Source of the DNA: Balanoglossus misakiensis
Taxonomy: Eukaryota > Animalia > Hemichordata
Direction: 5' to 3'
DNA length: 64,000 nucleotides
NCBI GenBank assembly: GCA_040954595.2
Contig: CM082576.2
Coordinates: 18,895,028 to 18,959,027 of the forward strand
Below the pieces are notes generated by a model, which was given only the letters and a program-made list of their open reading frames with translations, was not told the DNA's origin and searched no databases. This document shows, in pieces, positions 13,275 through 23,944 of this stretch (position 1 is its first letter; each line of letters begins with the position of its first letter). The translations under genes and the position numbers were made by a program.

Positions 13275-15047
13275 TTGGAAGGGACTGCTTTAAAAGATTA
13301 TGTTAGAGAGGAACAAATTAGACAGAGGGATCTTAGGGCTACTGAGAGAGAGGAGCAGAGAGAAGATAATAGGCGGCGCGAGGAACATGAGAGAGAGATA
13401 CTGAAAATGCAAATTCACTTACAAGAATTAAAATTGAAAGGGGAAAATACAGAACAGCAGGTTACTGAAAATAATTTGGCCAAAGCGCGTGCTCCGAGAC
13501 TACAGGGTTTACGTGAGGATGTTGATGATATGGATGCGTACCTTCAACGTTTTCAGCGCTACGCCACTGCTCAGAAGTGGGAAAAAGATGACTGGGGGTG
13601 AATCTCAGTGCATATTGTTACAAGGTAAGGATGTATCCACATACAACCAAATGCCTGCAGCGTCTGCAAATAATTATGATGAATTGAAACCAGAGTTATT
13701 GAGGGCTTACCAGTTAAGTGAGGAGAGTTTTCATGACAAGTTCCGTTCGTGTATGCCACATTATGATGAAAGTGCTCAAAAGTTTATGGACCGTATTGGT
13801 GACTATTTGGGCAGATGGGTAGAACTGGCTGGTACTCCAAAGACGTACAATGGGCTTACAGATCTGTTACTTCGAGAGCAGTTTATTGGAGTATGTTCCA
13901 GAGACATGGCAATGTTCATTAGAGAGCGACGGCCAGAGAATGTCCAAGAGATGGTATCTACTGCCTCAAAATACTTAGATGCCCGAGGGTGGTGGAAACT
14001 GCCAAGTAATGCCAAGAATAATCCAAGGAGCCAGCCGACAGCAAATACCAAGCCTGCTGTATATCCAAATCAAGTAAATAAGTTTAATAACAAAACCAAT
14101 GGTTCCCATGTTTTTAAAGGTACGTGCTTCGTATGTGGTAAAGGTGGTCATATGGCCAAAGATTGTAGAAGTAAGCCAAAGATGCATAAGACGGCGGTAT
14201 TGTTAACTGAAGAAGATAGAAACTATCCACCTAAACAAGAATGTACACATTGGGGCAACCGTCAACAGCCCAGGGGACTAGACACTGGTTATGCATGTAT
14301 GGTGGTAGCAATGGAAATAGATAAAACAGATGCAACACTGAATAAGGAGTTCGTGTTACCATGTAGTCATAAGCTCCCAGTGATGAGTGCTGCTTGTAGT
14401 GCCCATGGAGTGAAGAAGATGCCGGTAATGAAGGGATTGGTCGATGGTAAGCTGGTTAGCGTTTTGCGTGATAGTGGGTGTAGTAGCGTGGTAGTTCGAA
14501 GAAGTCTGGTGTCAAGTAATCAGCTGACTGGTGAGTACAGGACGTGTGTTCTGATAGATGGGACTATTAGAAGAGTACCTGTAGCCTCTATAAAAGTTGA
14601 TACCCCTTACTTTGTTGGTGATGTTACTGCACTGTGCATGATGAACCCTGTGTATGATTTAATACTGGGCAACATTGATGGTGTATCTGACCCTTCGAAT
14701 CCTGATACTACATGGCAGGAACCATTGCCGACATGTAGACTGTGTACAACTGTTGGACAGGTACCAGGTTTAGCAAATGCTGTGGAGACCAGAGCCCAGA
14801 AGATAGCCAACCAAAAACCAATCAGAGAGCTTAAAGTACCTAAAGCTGTTGGTGAAGTGGTGATGCCAGGGAAGCTTCAACAAGCTCAAGAAGAAGACTC
14901 CACTCTTGACAAACTACGTGAGAAGGCAATTTTGGGTGACGAGAAAGTGACTAGGAATGGAGGTAGGTTGAAGTTCATCATGAAAGATGGGATCCTGTAC
15001 AGAGAGTTCAATTCGCCAATGGTCCAATTTGGTGAAAAGCTGTTACA
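13275..15047 (+). pseudogene. gag: Gypsy gag-protease (frameshifted near 13595-13615)
   Basis: DDMDAYLQRFQRYA..W gag motif, SCAN-like LLLREQF, zinc knuckle CFVCGKGGHMAKDC, aspartic protease LRDSGCSSVVV. The frame is broken at 15048 by the insertion. Confidence 0.9.
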
Positions 15048-15087
15048 CACTGCGGGAAATACTAGAGCTATGTTGGGCAGTATTCCG
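15048..15087 (+). repeat. Left bipartite terminal inverted repeat
   Basis: CACTGCGG, an 18-nt spacer, then TGGGCAGTATT at positions 27-37 from the end. Confidence 0.85.
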
Positions 15088-15131
15088 CGAAGCGCGAGCT
15101 CCCATGTTCACCATAGCAACGCATTGCCAAG

Positions 15132-15775
15132 ATGGCGGCGCCCGTGTTGATCGATGCCGAGAAAGTTATAAAACGCAAATTGCGAGAGGCAAAATCTGTG
15201 CTTAAAAATGCGTGTCGGACAATCTGTATATACACCCACTCTTTGATGAACTTGAGGATGTGACAACAAGGGCCATATTTCGAAACGACAAGCTGTCAAA
15301 GGACAAGATTCGTTGGCGTGACGTCGCCGTATTTCCCATGTTTCAGCGTGATATGACCTACTGGCAGAAGACCTTCTACGCTCGGCTGTCAACATCCCCG
15401 TCGTTAAGGTCACCATGGCAAAGCAGCTTTACACAACAAATGCCGAGGGAAGTATTTGATGTTTTTCATCAGTTTGCTACTCGGACCGGTTTTGGTATCG
15501 ACGAGAAGACCTCCAGGGCTATCATAACCTTGACCTTCACAAGTTCCTCGAAGCTATTGTATGTGATACGGAAAGGTTATTGCTACGAGGGCGCTATCGG
15601 TCAGCATACAGAGAATATCCTAGAGAAGAAAGTCCGTGGAAAGAGGGTAGCTGTTATATGCACACCTGAGAAGCCCTGTGTTGTGAAATATTTTATCAAC
15701 AGGGAGACTGTTGCTGTTAGATTCAGCTTTGGTGCCTGGAACAAACATGGAATTCCATTACATCCAGAGAACTGA
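15132..15775 (+). CDS. Transposon partner gene, ~214 aa, unknown function; one apparent frameshift
   Basis: 187-codon stop-free frame at 15212-15775. An upstream AAGATGGCGGCG start at 15132 joins it if one A is added to the A5 run near 15204 (MAAPVLIDAEKVIKRKLREAKSVLKKCVSDNLYIHPLF...). AATAAA at 15904. Confidence 0.65.
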
Positions 15776-16627
15776 ACCCTATTGATTTTTCACACTGATT
15801 CAACCCATCTGACGAACATTTTTTTCCTGATCTGTGGCACATGTTGTTCAGTGTAGATGTATCAGTCTGTCAAGACAGTCCTCTCACAATTGACATATAT
15901 TCAAATAAAAAAAGGAAAATTAGAAGACTCAAAAATTCATCACTTGTCTTTATTTATCTACATTCAATACAAATGAACAGATAACGTTTACAAAATTTCC
16001 TAAACTGTAAAATTCTTTTTTTCCATCATTATTGTAACATAGATTTTTCATTAGTTTCAGAAAAAAATGTATGTTACCTACAATCAACATTGATAAGTCA
16101 ATCAAAACTGCTCATCTAACAGTTAACCAGGATTTCTGGTCTAAATTTAATTAATATTTACAATTAATTCCATGACAAAATTTATAAATATCAAGAATTT
16201 GATGAGACTTAATTCTTTATTTTTTCACAAATTCATTAAAATTTCGTGCAGGTGCAGAATAAACAACTCCTCAAGAAAAATGTAAAACTTTTCTATCAAG
16301 CTTATGTATGTCATACATTTTAATTTTGCAAAGCACTGCAATCACTATACGATTAAGGGTTTATTCACAATACTTAATAGTGGTAAGATAAGTTTCAATT
16401 TCCCTGTCCCCATACATGCACACATATACAAAATCCCATAAGAAACATATCATCTCCAGTTCAAAAAGTGTGAATTCATGTGATTTGTGATCTCCATTTT
16501 TATTAAATGCAGCTCTCAACTACAGATGAGTCTTTATAATTCTGTAATGTAATTAATACCATAGTTATCCTTTAATTCTAAAGTAGCACACAGTGACACA
16601 ATCCACTGTTTCAAATTCAATCATTGT

Positions 16628-18868
16628 TCACAGCATAAGTTTCTTGAGTTTATTTGATATTTTACCAGTGACAGCTGCTTTTTTTATGTCATCCATAATT
16701 GGGTCAACACATATTTCACAGGCAGTCATTGTTTCATTTTTCAAATTGCCACACATACAGTAGCCTGCATTCTCATAATATCGACTGGGAATGTATTTTT
16801 CTTTTTCTTTAAGCTCAAATTGACCTACATTTGCCCTTCTATAGTTGTCAGCTTTTGGACTTTTGTTCCTCAGCCAAAAAAGCATCACATATTCGTGTCG
16901 AAATATGAGGGCCCACCTATTTTGAGGTGTAGAATTTTCACTGAATTCTAGCAGGCGTAGATGCTTTGCCTCTCTGCCTTCCATTGTGTTTAGGCCTAAT
17001 CCCAGACTGAATTGCTTATAGATACTAGTGGTGTGTTTTGGGACTACATAACCAATGTGCCACACAGTATTATTGACATTCAGAAACAGGGAATGTAGAT
17101 TAAAGTACCACCGACACTTATGCCTAAGTACAAGCAAATCTCCCTCATTTATGTTGAATCGTGAGAATAACAAAGTGATATCTCAAAGCAAGATACCAGT
17201 ATATGTGTAGAGAGCTAATTGAGCCCGACGCTTTGGACTGTCTGTATCGCTTCTCAATGCTAATACCAATCCCATGAAATGCCAAGCAAGTTTGCGAGAC
17301 TCCTCACCAGTGAAGCGATAAACCACATTAATGTTGGCATTTGACTTGACACTATTTTCATTGAAGTATTTTACAATCTTATTATACAACTTTCCAGCTT
17401 TTACTTGATATTTTAGGGCAGACAGGAATTTGTACAGATATGACTCGTTAGGTAGATTCTCAATTTTAACTCCATTTTCACGACCCTTTTCCGAAGTGTG
17501 GGCAACTGCGTCAATCAGTAATCGTTGGAAGTAGTATTGCCATGCATTGTTCTTTAAATGCAATGGCTCAGCCTTGGCACAATCAATAAATCTACCCAAC
17601 GGTGGTACAAATTCCTGTCTTGACCTCAGACTGGCTATAAATTGTGTGATTTTGGGTCGCACTGTTTTGGGCTTTCCAGTTTTAATTTTCTTAGTTGACT
17701 TCAACTTTTCAACAGCTTCTGCATCTTTAATTCTTTTCTGATATTTCCATTCATCCCACTTCTGACCTGGGCCAATTTCTGCTCCAATACAATCAATATC
17801 ATTTTTGGAAACGTTAGCAAATGAGCTGAAATACTTTGCTGCATTGCTTAGTTCTCCAGACACACTGGCCAATCCCTTCTGATCAAAGGGTAAAAGTGAC
17901 ACCTGAAAAGTTACATCAAGACTGCCAACTTTATATTTACGTTTCTCAATACACTCAAGGTCTTTTGACAATGCAATTGCAAATTCAATCATTATGGGGT
18001 CATCCTCTTTTATGTTTGCCCCTAATAGGAGAAAATTGTGGTCTGGGCTAGCAACACGGTGGGTCACATTCAAGAAACTAACTAGCCATGCAGTAGCCTG
18101 TCCATGTTTGCCAAACGGAGCCCCGTCAGCACCTATACTGATTTGAAATGAGCCCTCCTGTTTACCGAACCAGTTAAGAATATCAGGCTGTGTTTCCCCC
18201 ATATTTAAATATAAACTGGCAATCTTAATAAGCAACTCCTCAGGGTTTCTTTTTAAGCCGACTTGTTTGCCTTCAGATGATATAATTGGCTCAAGATTTC
18301 CAATGTCAAGGTTACTTACATACTGTACAACTTTTGTGTATGGGAGCAGTCTTGGTATTCTACAGCCAGAATGAATTTCTAATGCTTTCCTAGGATGTTT
18401 CAAGTTGGAGAACATCTGAAGTTCACTCTGCCTCAGACAGTTATATTTTCGTTTGGATAGTACTCCGCCCTCATACATAGTTCTGACACTCCTCACCAAA
18501 TTGTTCTCACTTTTCTCAAATTTACTGATGTATTTATCAAATACTGATGGCATTACTTTTTTACTGATTTGGGGAGAGGTTCTGAAGTATGTTTTCATTT
18601 GGTCAGGAGTGGCAGAATTAACAAGAGTATACCACAAACCATCAAGTGCTGCTTTTGGTGGATGTAGTACATTCGGTTTATTTATACCTTTGGCTGGGCT
18701 TACATCTGTAGTTGCTACATGAATATTTATGGCTGCTGATAAGGTTTCACACCTACGTTCATACTGTTGACGTCGCGACAGCTTCAAAGATTCACTATTA
18801 TCTGCACATACTTCAGTGTTCTTGTGGACCCATTTAGAGCGTTTCACATTAACATCATCAACAGGAAT
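16628..18868 (-). pseudogene. DDE transposase main exon, RAG1/Transib/Chapaev-like; single in-frame TGA at 17183-17185
   Basis: ORFs 17183-18847 and 16628-17173 share a frame across one TGA (likely CGA>TGA; LL*DITLLFSRF). Motifs in RAG1-core order: GADGAPF (D at 18125-18127), PFDQKGL..G (D at 17882-17884), EPLHL, RFTGEESRKL, GLNTMEGREAKH (E at 16970-16972). Acceptor TTAATCTTTCAG ends at 18869. Confidence 0.85.
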
Positions 18869-19221
18869 CTGAAAGATTAAGTGTGTGATAAATATATAAT
18901 AATTAGAATATAATCATTATATATAAAATAAAATCTTCTTACAAGTTAATCATTAATTTAAATGTCCTTGATAAGAAATACACAAGTGTAGCCTGTATTT
19001 TTCTGACAACTTCTGCAATAAAAATCCTAAAAAATATATATAGTTTGTTGGAAAACCTAGATGTTTTGCATCAAAGCTGAACCCATTTTGTTATCATTGT
19101 TTACACAGGATCATGTGACATGAAGTTCAAAAAGCGAATTTGGGCTAAAATTTGAAGAGGATTTATACAAATCTGAGATTTTTAAAATTATGACTAAGTC
19201 TATTTATCTGATCTAGCTTAC

Positions 19222-19681
19222 CTTTCTCTTATTATTCTTTGTAGCTAAGATCTCACAAATCTTACTGTTCTTCTTCTCTAGTCTAGCTAGCTGGGTTGAG
19301 GATCTTTTTACTAGTCTCCTAGCTGCACTCAACTTATTCAACTTATCCTGAATTATGCTTTCTTCCTCATCTCTCTTTCTCTTTCTCTGTCTACACCACT
19401 CTCCTAAGTTAAACCTGTGTTTAGTCTGTCCTCTCTTTGTTCTAACTACCAATAGGTTGTTGGCCACGCTCCCAGACAAAGATCTAGTCTTCAATTTCTC
19501 CTGATATAGTTGTTGCAAACACTTCTCTTCAGCTACCTGTCCCGCTAACTTTTGGTCCTTTGCCCACTGGCCTATGTTGAAGTAACTTTTCCCTTTTCTA
19601 TTCGGCATAACAATAGACAAACTTTTAAGAAGTGCGCTACTCCTGTTGAATAGTTTGCCCCACATGGCTCTAAATCTATAC
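19222..19681 (-). CDS. Upstream exon of the transposase (basic, coiled-coil-like N-terminus)
   Basis: The open frame ends at AAG|GTAAG (donor at 19221) in phase 0 and matches the phase-0 acceptor at 18869 (353-bp intron). Acceptor CCCTTTTCAG at 19682; candidate ATG at 19665. The true start may lie further upstream. Confidence 0.75.
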
Positions 19682-20473
19682 CTGAAAAGGGTGAACAAGA
19701 GAAATATCTTTACAATAATTATCTATCCGAGGGAAGCAAAAACAAAACACCTGCTCATTATACTTCCTCCAGAAATTGAGGTCAAAGGTGACATAGAAAG
19801 AATGTGGGTAACCTTACCATAACAATCTCGCCCGTTCATTTTTTTCTTATTTCGTTTTCACCCTCGAATTTCCAGCGAATTATATCAAGAATATATTTTA
19901 GCACAAACTATTGGTTTCTGATTTTTCAGTTACGGTCTTATTTTCTGTCAATTCTATGAACAATATCACCATGTCGCTGAAAATTCGAAGCGCCGCCATT
20001 ACAATCAATGTAACCCGTGCTGCTGCCAAGGAACACACAGGGTCGTATATTTTCGCTTGGTATGATTTCGTCATATTGCTTGTAGCAGCATTTTAAACAT
20101 GGAATCCTATGTTTACGTATAAAAGACTAAATTCGTATGGTTTTCAAATTGAAAAAAACAATTCTGTGAAGCTGAATCGTTGTAATTTTTAGTGTTTGTT
20201 TATGGTTGCTTAGGACGGCTTCTGGTATAGCAACGGCCAGGGACTGTCAGCGGGTGATCAAAATGTTCAAGTTATTTGGCTGATACACATAAATAACACA
20301 GCAGAATCGCAACTTTATTTCATATTGTCTCTGACATCTTGCTAATTTTACTAAACAAAACTTGGAATAAAGCAATATTACTCACCGAATTATGCTGTGC
20401 ATCGACAGCTGTGTTCGATCGCGAACGCCATTACTGTGTCTAATTAAATATTCATGAGCTTCATAGGCTGCCA

Positions 20474-20514
20474 CGGAAATACTGCCCATAGGTGGCGTCG
20501 TTCAAGCTGTAGTG
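20474..20514 (-). repeat. Right bipartite terminal inverted repeat
   Basis: The reverse complement reads CACTACAG, an 18-nt spacer, then TGGGCAGTATT at positions 27-37. Confidence 0.85.
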
Positions 20515-20517
20515 ACA

Positions 20518-22523
20518 GGTGGTGGTTCCCAGAGTGTATCGTAACCAGGTGATGAGACTAGCCCATGAATCAGTGCTGGGTGGTCACCACGGAACTCACA
20601 AGACCACAGACAAGATCCTCAGCAACTTCGTTTGGCCTGGGCTAACATCAGATGTTTCCCGTTACTGTCAGTCCTGTGATTCATGTCAACGGACACAACC
20701 AAAGGGACGGGTGACCAAGGTACCACTTGGAAGTATGCCACTAATAGATATCCCTTTCCTACGTATTGCAGTAGACCTGGTTGGCCCTATTCATCCATGC
20801 ACTGAACGCAAGAATAGGTACATACTTACTGTTGTTGATTATGCAACACGCTATCCGGAGGCTGTTGCATTGACTAACATTGATACCAAGACTGTTGCAG
20901 AGGCGCTCCTGGACATCTACTCAAGAGTGGGGTGTCCACGTGAAATTCTGACAGATCAAGGAACTCAATTTACATCAGATGTGATGCGTGAGGTCAGCCG
21001 GCTTTTGTCTATAAAGCAGAAGACTACCACCCCATACCACCCAGCATTCAATGGTCTAGTGGAACGGTTCAATGGTACATTGAAACTCATGCTCAGGAAG
21101 ATGTGTGAGGAACATCCAACATATTGGGATCGTTATCTGAATGCTTTACTATTTGCCTACAGAGAAACGCCTCAATCGAGCACAGGATTCTCTCCGTTTG
21201 AGTTACTTTATGGGAGGAGTGTGCGTGGTCCAATGGCTATCTTGAAAGAACTATGGACTGGAGAGATCAGTGAACCAGAAACCAAAACGACTTATCAATA
21301 CATCCTTGATCTTCAAAAGAAATTAAAGAAGGCATGCGATTTAGCAAGACAAGAACTGAAGATATCACAAGGCAAATACAAGTCCTACTACAATAGAAAG
21401 GCCAAATGGAGGAAGTTCAACAAAGGTGACGAGGTGTTATTGCTACTACCTACTGACCATAATAAACTACTTATGCACTGGAAGGGTCCTTTTCCAGTGG
21501 TGGAGAAAGCGAGCAATATGGATTACAAGATTGACTTTGGTCATAGGGTGAAAACATTCCATGCCAACCTGTTGAAGAGGTACTATCGAAGAACTGATCA
21601 GCTAGATGAAGTATCAGCTGGACTTCTTGAGATTGTGTGTGTATCTGTGATAGATGAGCAGAGTTATGAATCTTCAGAAGTACAAGAGAACACAGGGGTT
21701 AAAGTAAACGATGACTTACTGCGGGTTCCTGCATTCAAGCAGAAAGAATTTGCTGCAGATGTGAATGTATGTGACAACTTGTCAGACATACAGGAGCAAG
21801 TGGTGAGGAGGTTGCTGATCAATTACAAAGATATGTTAACTGATATTCGTGGTAACACCAACCTGGGTTTCCATGACATCAAGTTGATGGATCCAACACC
21901 AGTATGCAGTAGGCCATACCCCATCCCTCATGCACTCCGTGAAGCAGTGAAAGATGAAGTCAAAACGATGATTAAGATGGGAGTAGCTGAACCTTCAGAG
22001 AGTCCATATGCTGTTCCACTGGTAATGGTGAAGAAATCTGATGGGTCCAATCGTTGTTGTGTTGACATGAGAAAGCTCAATCGCATAACAGTGTTTGATG
22101 CAGAGCCTACACCAGACCTGAGTGAGCTTTTTGCTTTTTGCTAAGTTATCCAAGGATCACTATTTCACTAAAGTAGATCTCAGCAAAGAATATTGGCAAG
22201 TCCCGTTGACTGATAATTCTAAACAATTGACGGCATTTATCACGCATGATGGGCTATACCATTTTATCAAAATGCCTTTCGGACTTGTAAATAGTGCTGC
22301 GACTTTTAGCAGAATTATGAGAAGATTGTTAAGAGATATGAAGAACGTAGACAACTATATCGATCACATACTGATCCACACTGCATCATGGGAAGAACAT
22401 ATCAAGACAATTACAGATTTGATGAGCAGACTACGAAAGGCAAAGTTAACAGCGAGACCAACTAAGTGTTATGTGGGTTATGAGCAGATCGATTTCCTGG
22501 GTCATGTGGTTGGTCATGGTGAA
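20518..22523 (+). pseudogene. pol: Gypsy pol: integrase followed by truncated reverse transcriptase
   Basis: Integrase HHCC (AHES..GHHG..CQSCDSC) and DDE (AVDLVGP, ILTDQG, GLVERFNGTLK). RT motifs VKKSDGSNRCCVDMRKLN, DLSKEYWQ, MPFGLVN and YIDH (degenerate YIDD). Frameshift near 22130; homology stops after FLGHVVG. Confidence 0.92.
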
Positions 22524-22599
22524 CTAGTCCTGTTTCAAAATGACCTACATTACAGGTCGTATGCACACGTATTACATGTTCTGATTGGTTTATCCACTT

Positions 22600-22885
22600 C
22601 TCTAAGGTCCACTTGCGGCTCGCTGATTGGAGGGACCTTATGTGTTAGGTCTTATTACTATGTATTATTCACCAGACCTTGTAGGTTAGGTCTTATTACA
22701 ATGCATTATTCACTTTACAGCTCCCTGATTGGTTAATGTGTAGGTCTGGTCCTCCAGTGTTCACTGCCTCATTATGCAGGACCTTGTAGGTTAGGTCTTA
22801 TTAATATGTATTTATTCACCATACAGCTCCCTGATTGGTTAACGTGTCAGTCTGGTCCCCCCCAGTGTTCACTGCCTCATTGTGA
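22600..22885. repeat. Short tandem sub-repeats (~105 bp) in the sequence replacing the Gypsy 3' part
   Basis: GACCTTGTAGGTTAGGTCTTATTA...CAGCTCCCTGATTGGTTAA...CAGTGTTCACTGCCTCATT occurs at ~22675 and ~22780, with a partial copy at ~22634. Confidence 0.6.
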
Positions 22886-23944
22886 AATGTCCCATGTGCT
22901 TCCTGGCTAGCATTGTGGTAACATATTATTCGGGGTGTCCGCAGATCGTTCATTGATTTTCTGAGAAATAGCCTAACTGATACTATCTCCAACATAAACC
23001 GCACCCTGGAAAGATTAAATGATCTTTTAGGTGGACTTTGAAAATCTGATTAACTCATCTAAGCATTTTAGCTAAGTTGTATATTTTTTAATTATAATCA
23101 TACAAAATACTTAAAAAATAAAAACAATGTTCAGTTTTAATACCCACTGATGAGGGGAAACATCAGTTTCAAATTCTTTTCATGGGAGCGCTTGAGCAGA
23201 GTTATGAGTTTTGCTCTGTGAAAGAAAATGGGGGGATTTCAAAATTTTGGCAGTTCGGAAGGGGGATTTCAAAATATTTCGGGTTGTGAAAGGGGGGGGG
23301 CATGTGAAAATTAGCGGTAAAAGATGAATCCCCCCCCCCCTCCAGAGGTGTTTGTGAATGCAGCCTAAGAAAGAAAAAATGTGAAATGGGTCAAATATGG
23401 GCCGGACGTGCCCATTCAACTCAATTTACTTTTGTTTGCTTTAAGTAGGAATTGATCACAGCTATATTTATTTTGGACACCTGAGCGACAAGAAAACAAT
23501 CTGATTCTACATTTTAAAAAGAGTCATTGGAAAAGCACTGCAATTTTGTTTCTTGCTTTAAAAAAGTTTGGGGTGGCATGTAATAATTAAGGTGTGTCTA
23601 AATTACTAATTTGGTGCACCTCAAAGCCCTTAGCCAATGTAAATTATATCCTGCATTGTATTCATGATATTTGCATGGCATTTGCATGCGCGTATCACGT
23701 CTCCTTGCTCTGCAAAATAGTCGAGATTTTCTGCAAAGGATTCCAGTTTTTTGTTGTATTACTCAAGGAATTGGTTTACGAATGGTCTATGCTTGTCCTG
23801 CTGTGGTCAGAAATTGATGTTCTTTGCTTTTGACAAGGCATTTGGGCCGAATTTTAGTGAACTTCGGTAAGCCATTCACTACTGCTGATAGCGGTTACGT
23901 AATTTGGTGTGGGATCGTGACGTGGCCACTTGTGGTGACTCAGT

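Larger units (their letters stand above)
15048..20514 (-). mobile_element. Two-gene DNA transposon with a RAG1/Transib/Chapaev-like transposase and 3-bp TSD
   Basis: TSD ACA at 15045-15047 and 20515-20517; termini CACTGC...GTAGTG. Removing the element plus one TSD restores the Gypsy frame: GGT GAA AAG CTG TTA CAG GTG GTG GTT CCC (GEKLLQVVVP). Confidence 0.92.
11640..22523 (+). mobile_element. Ty3/Gypsy LTR retrotransposon, Gmr1-like (integrase upstream of RT); interrupted and 3'-truncated
   Basis: LTR, PBS, gag, protease, integrase, then RT in that order. No RNase H or 3' LTR is seen. Confidence 0.9.

Noticed and set aside
15048-15150. C-terminal tail of ORF 13489-15150 as Gypsy protein
   Set aside because: It is read-through into the inserted transposon's left end.
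15212-15775. Calling the partner gene RAG2 and the element ProtoRAG
   Set aside because: No kelch or PHD signature, the protein is too short, and the TSD is 3 bp rather than 5 bp. Only the gene arrangement is similar.
19682-19999. A further upstream coding exon from ATGGCGGCG at 19999 with a donor at 19817
   Set aside because: Splice-like signals exist, but that frame stops after 33 codons and I could not reconcile the phases. Left unresolved.
15037-20510. 7-bp direct repeat AAGCTGT (15037-15043, 20504-20510) as the TSD or recombination core of the insert
   Set aside because: Excising with these ends gives CTG TAG TGA (two stops) in Gypsy pol and breaks the CACT...AGTG termini. The ACA TSD restores an open frame.
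22524-22736. C-terminal part of ORF 22122-22736 as RT/RNase H
   Set aside because: Homology ends after FLGHVVG; the rest translates an unrelated repeat.
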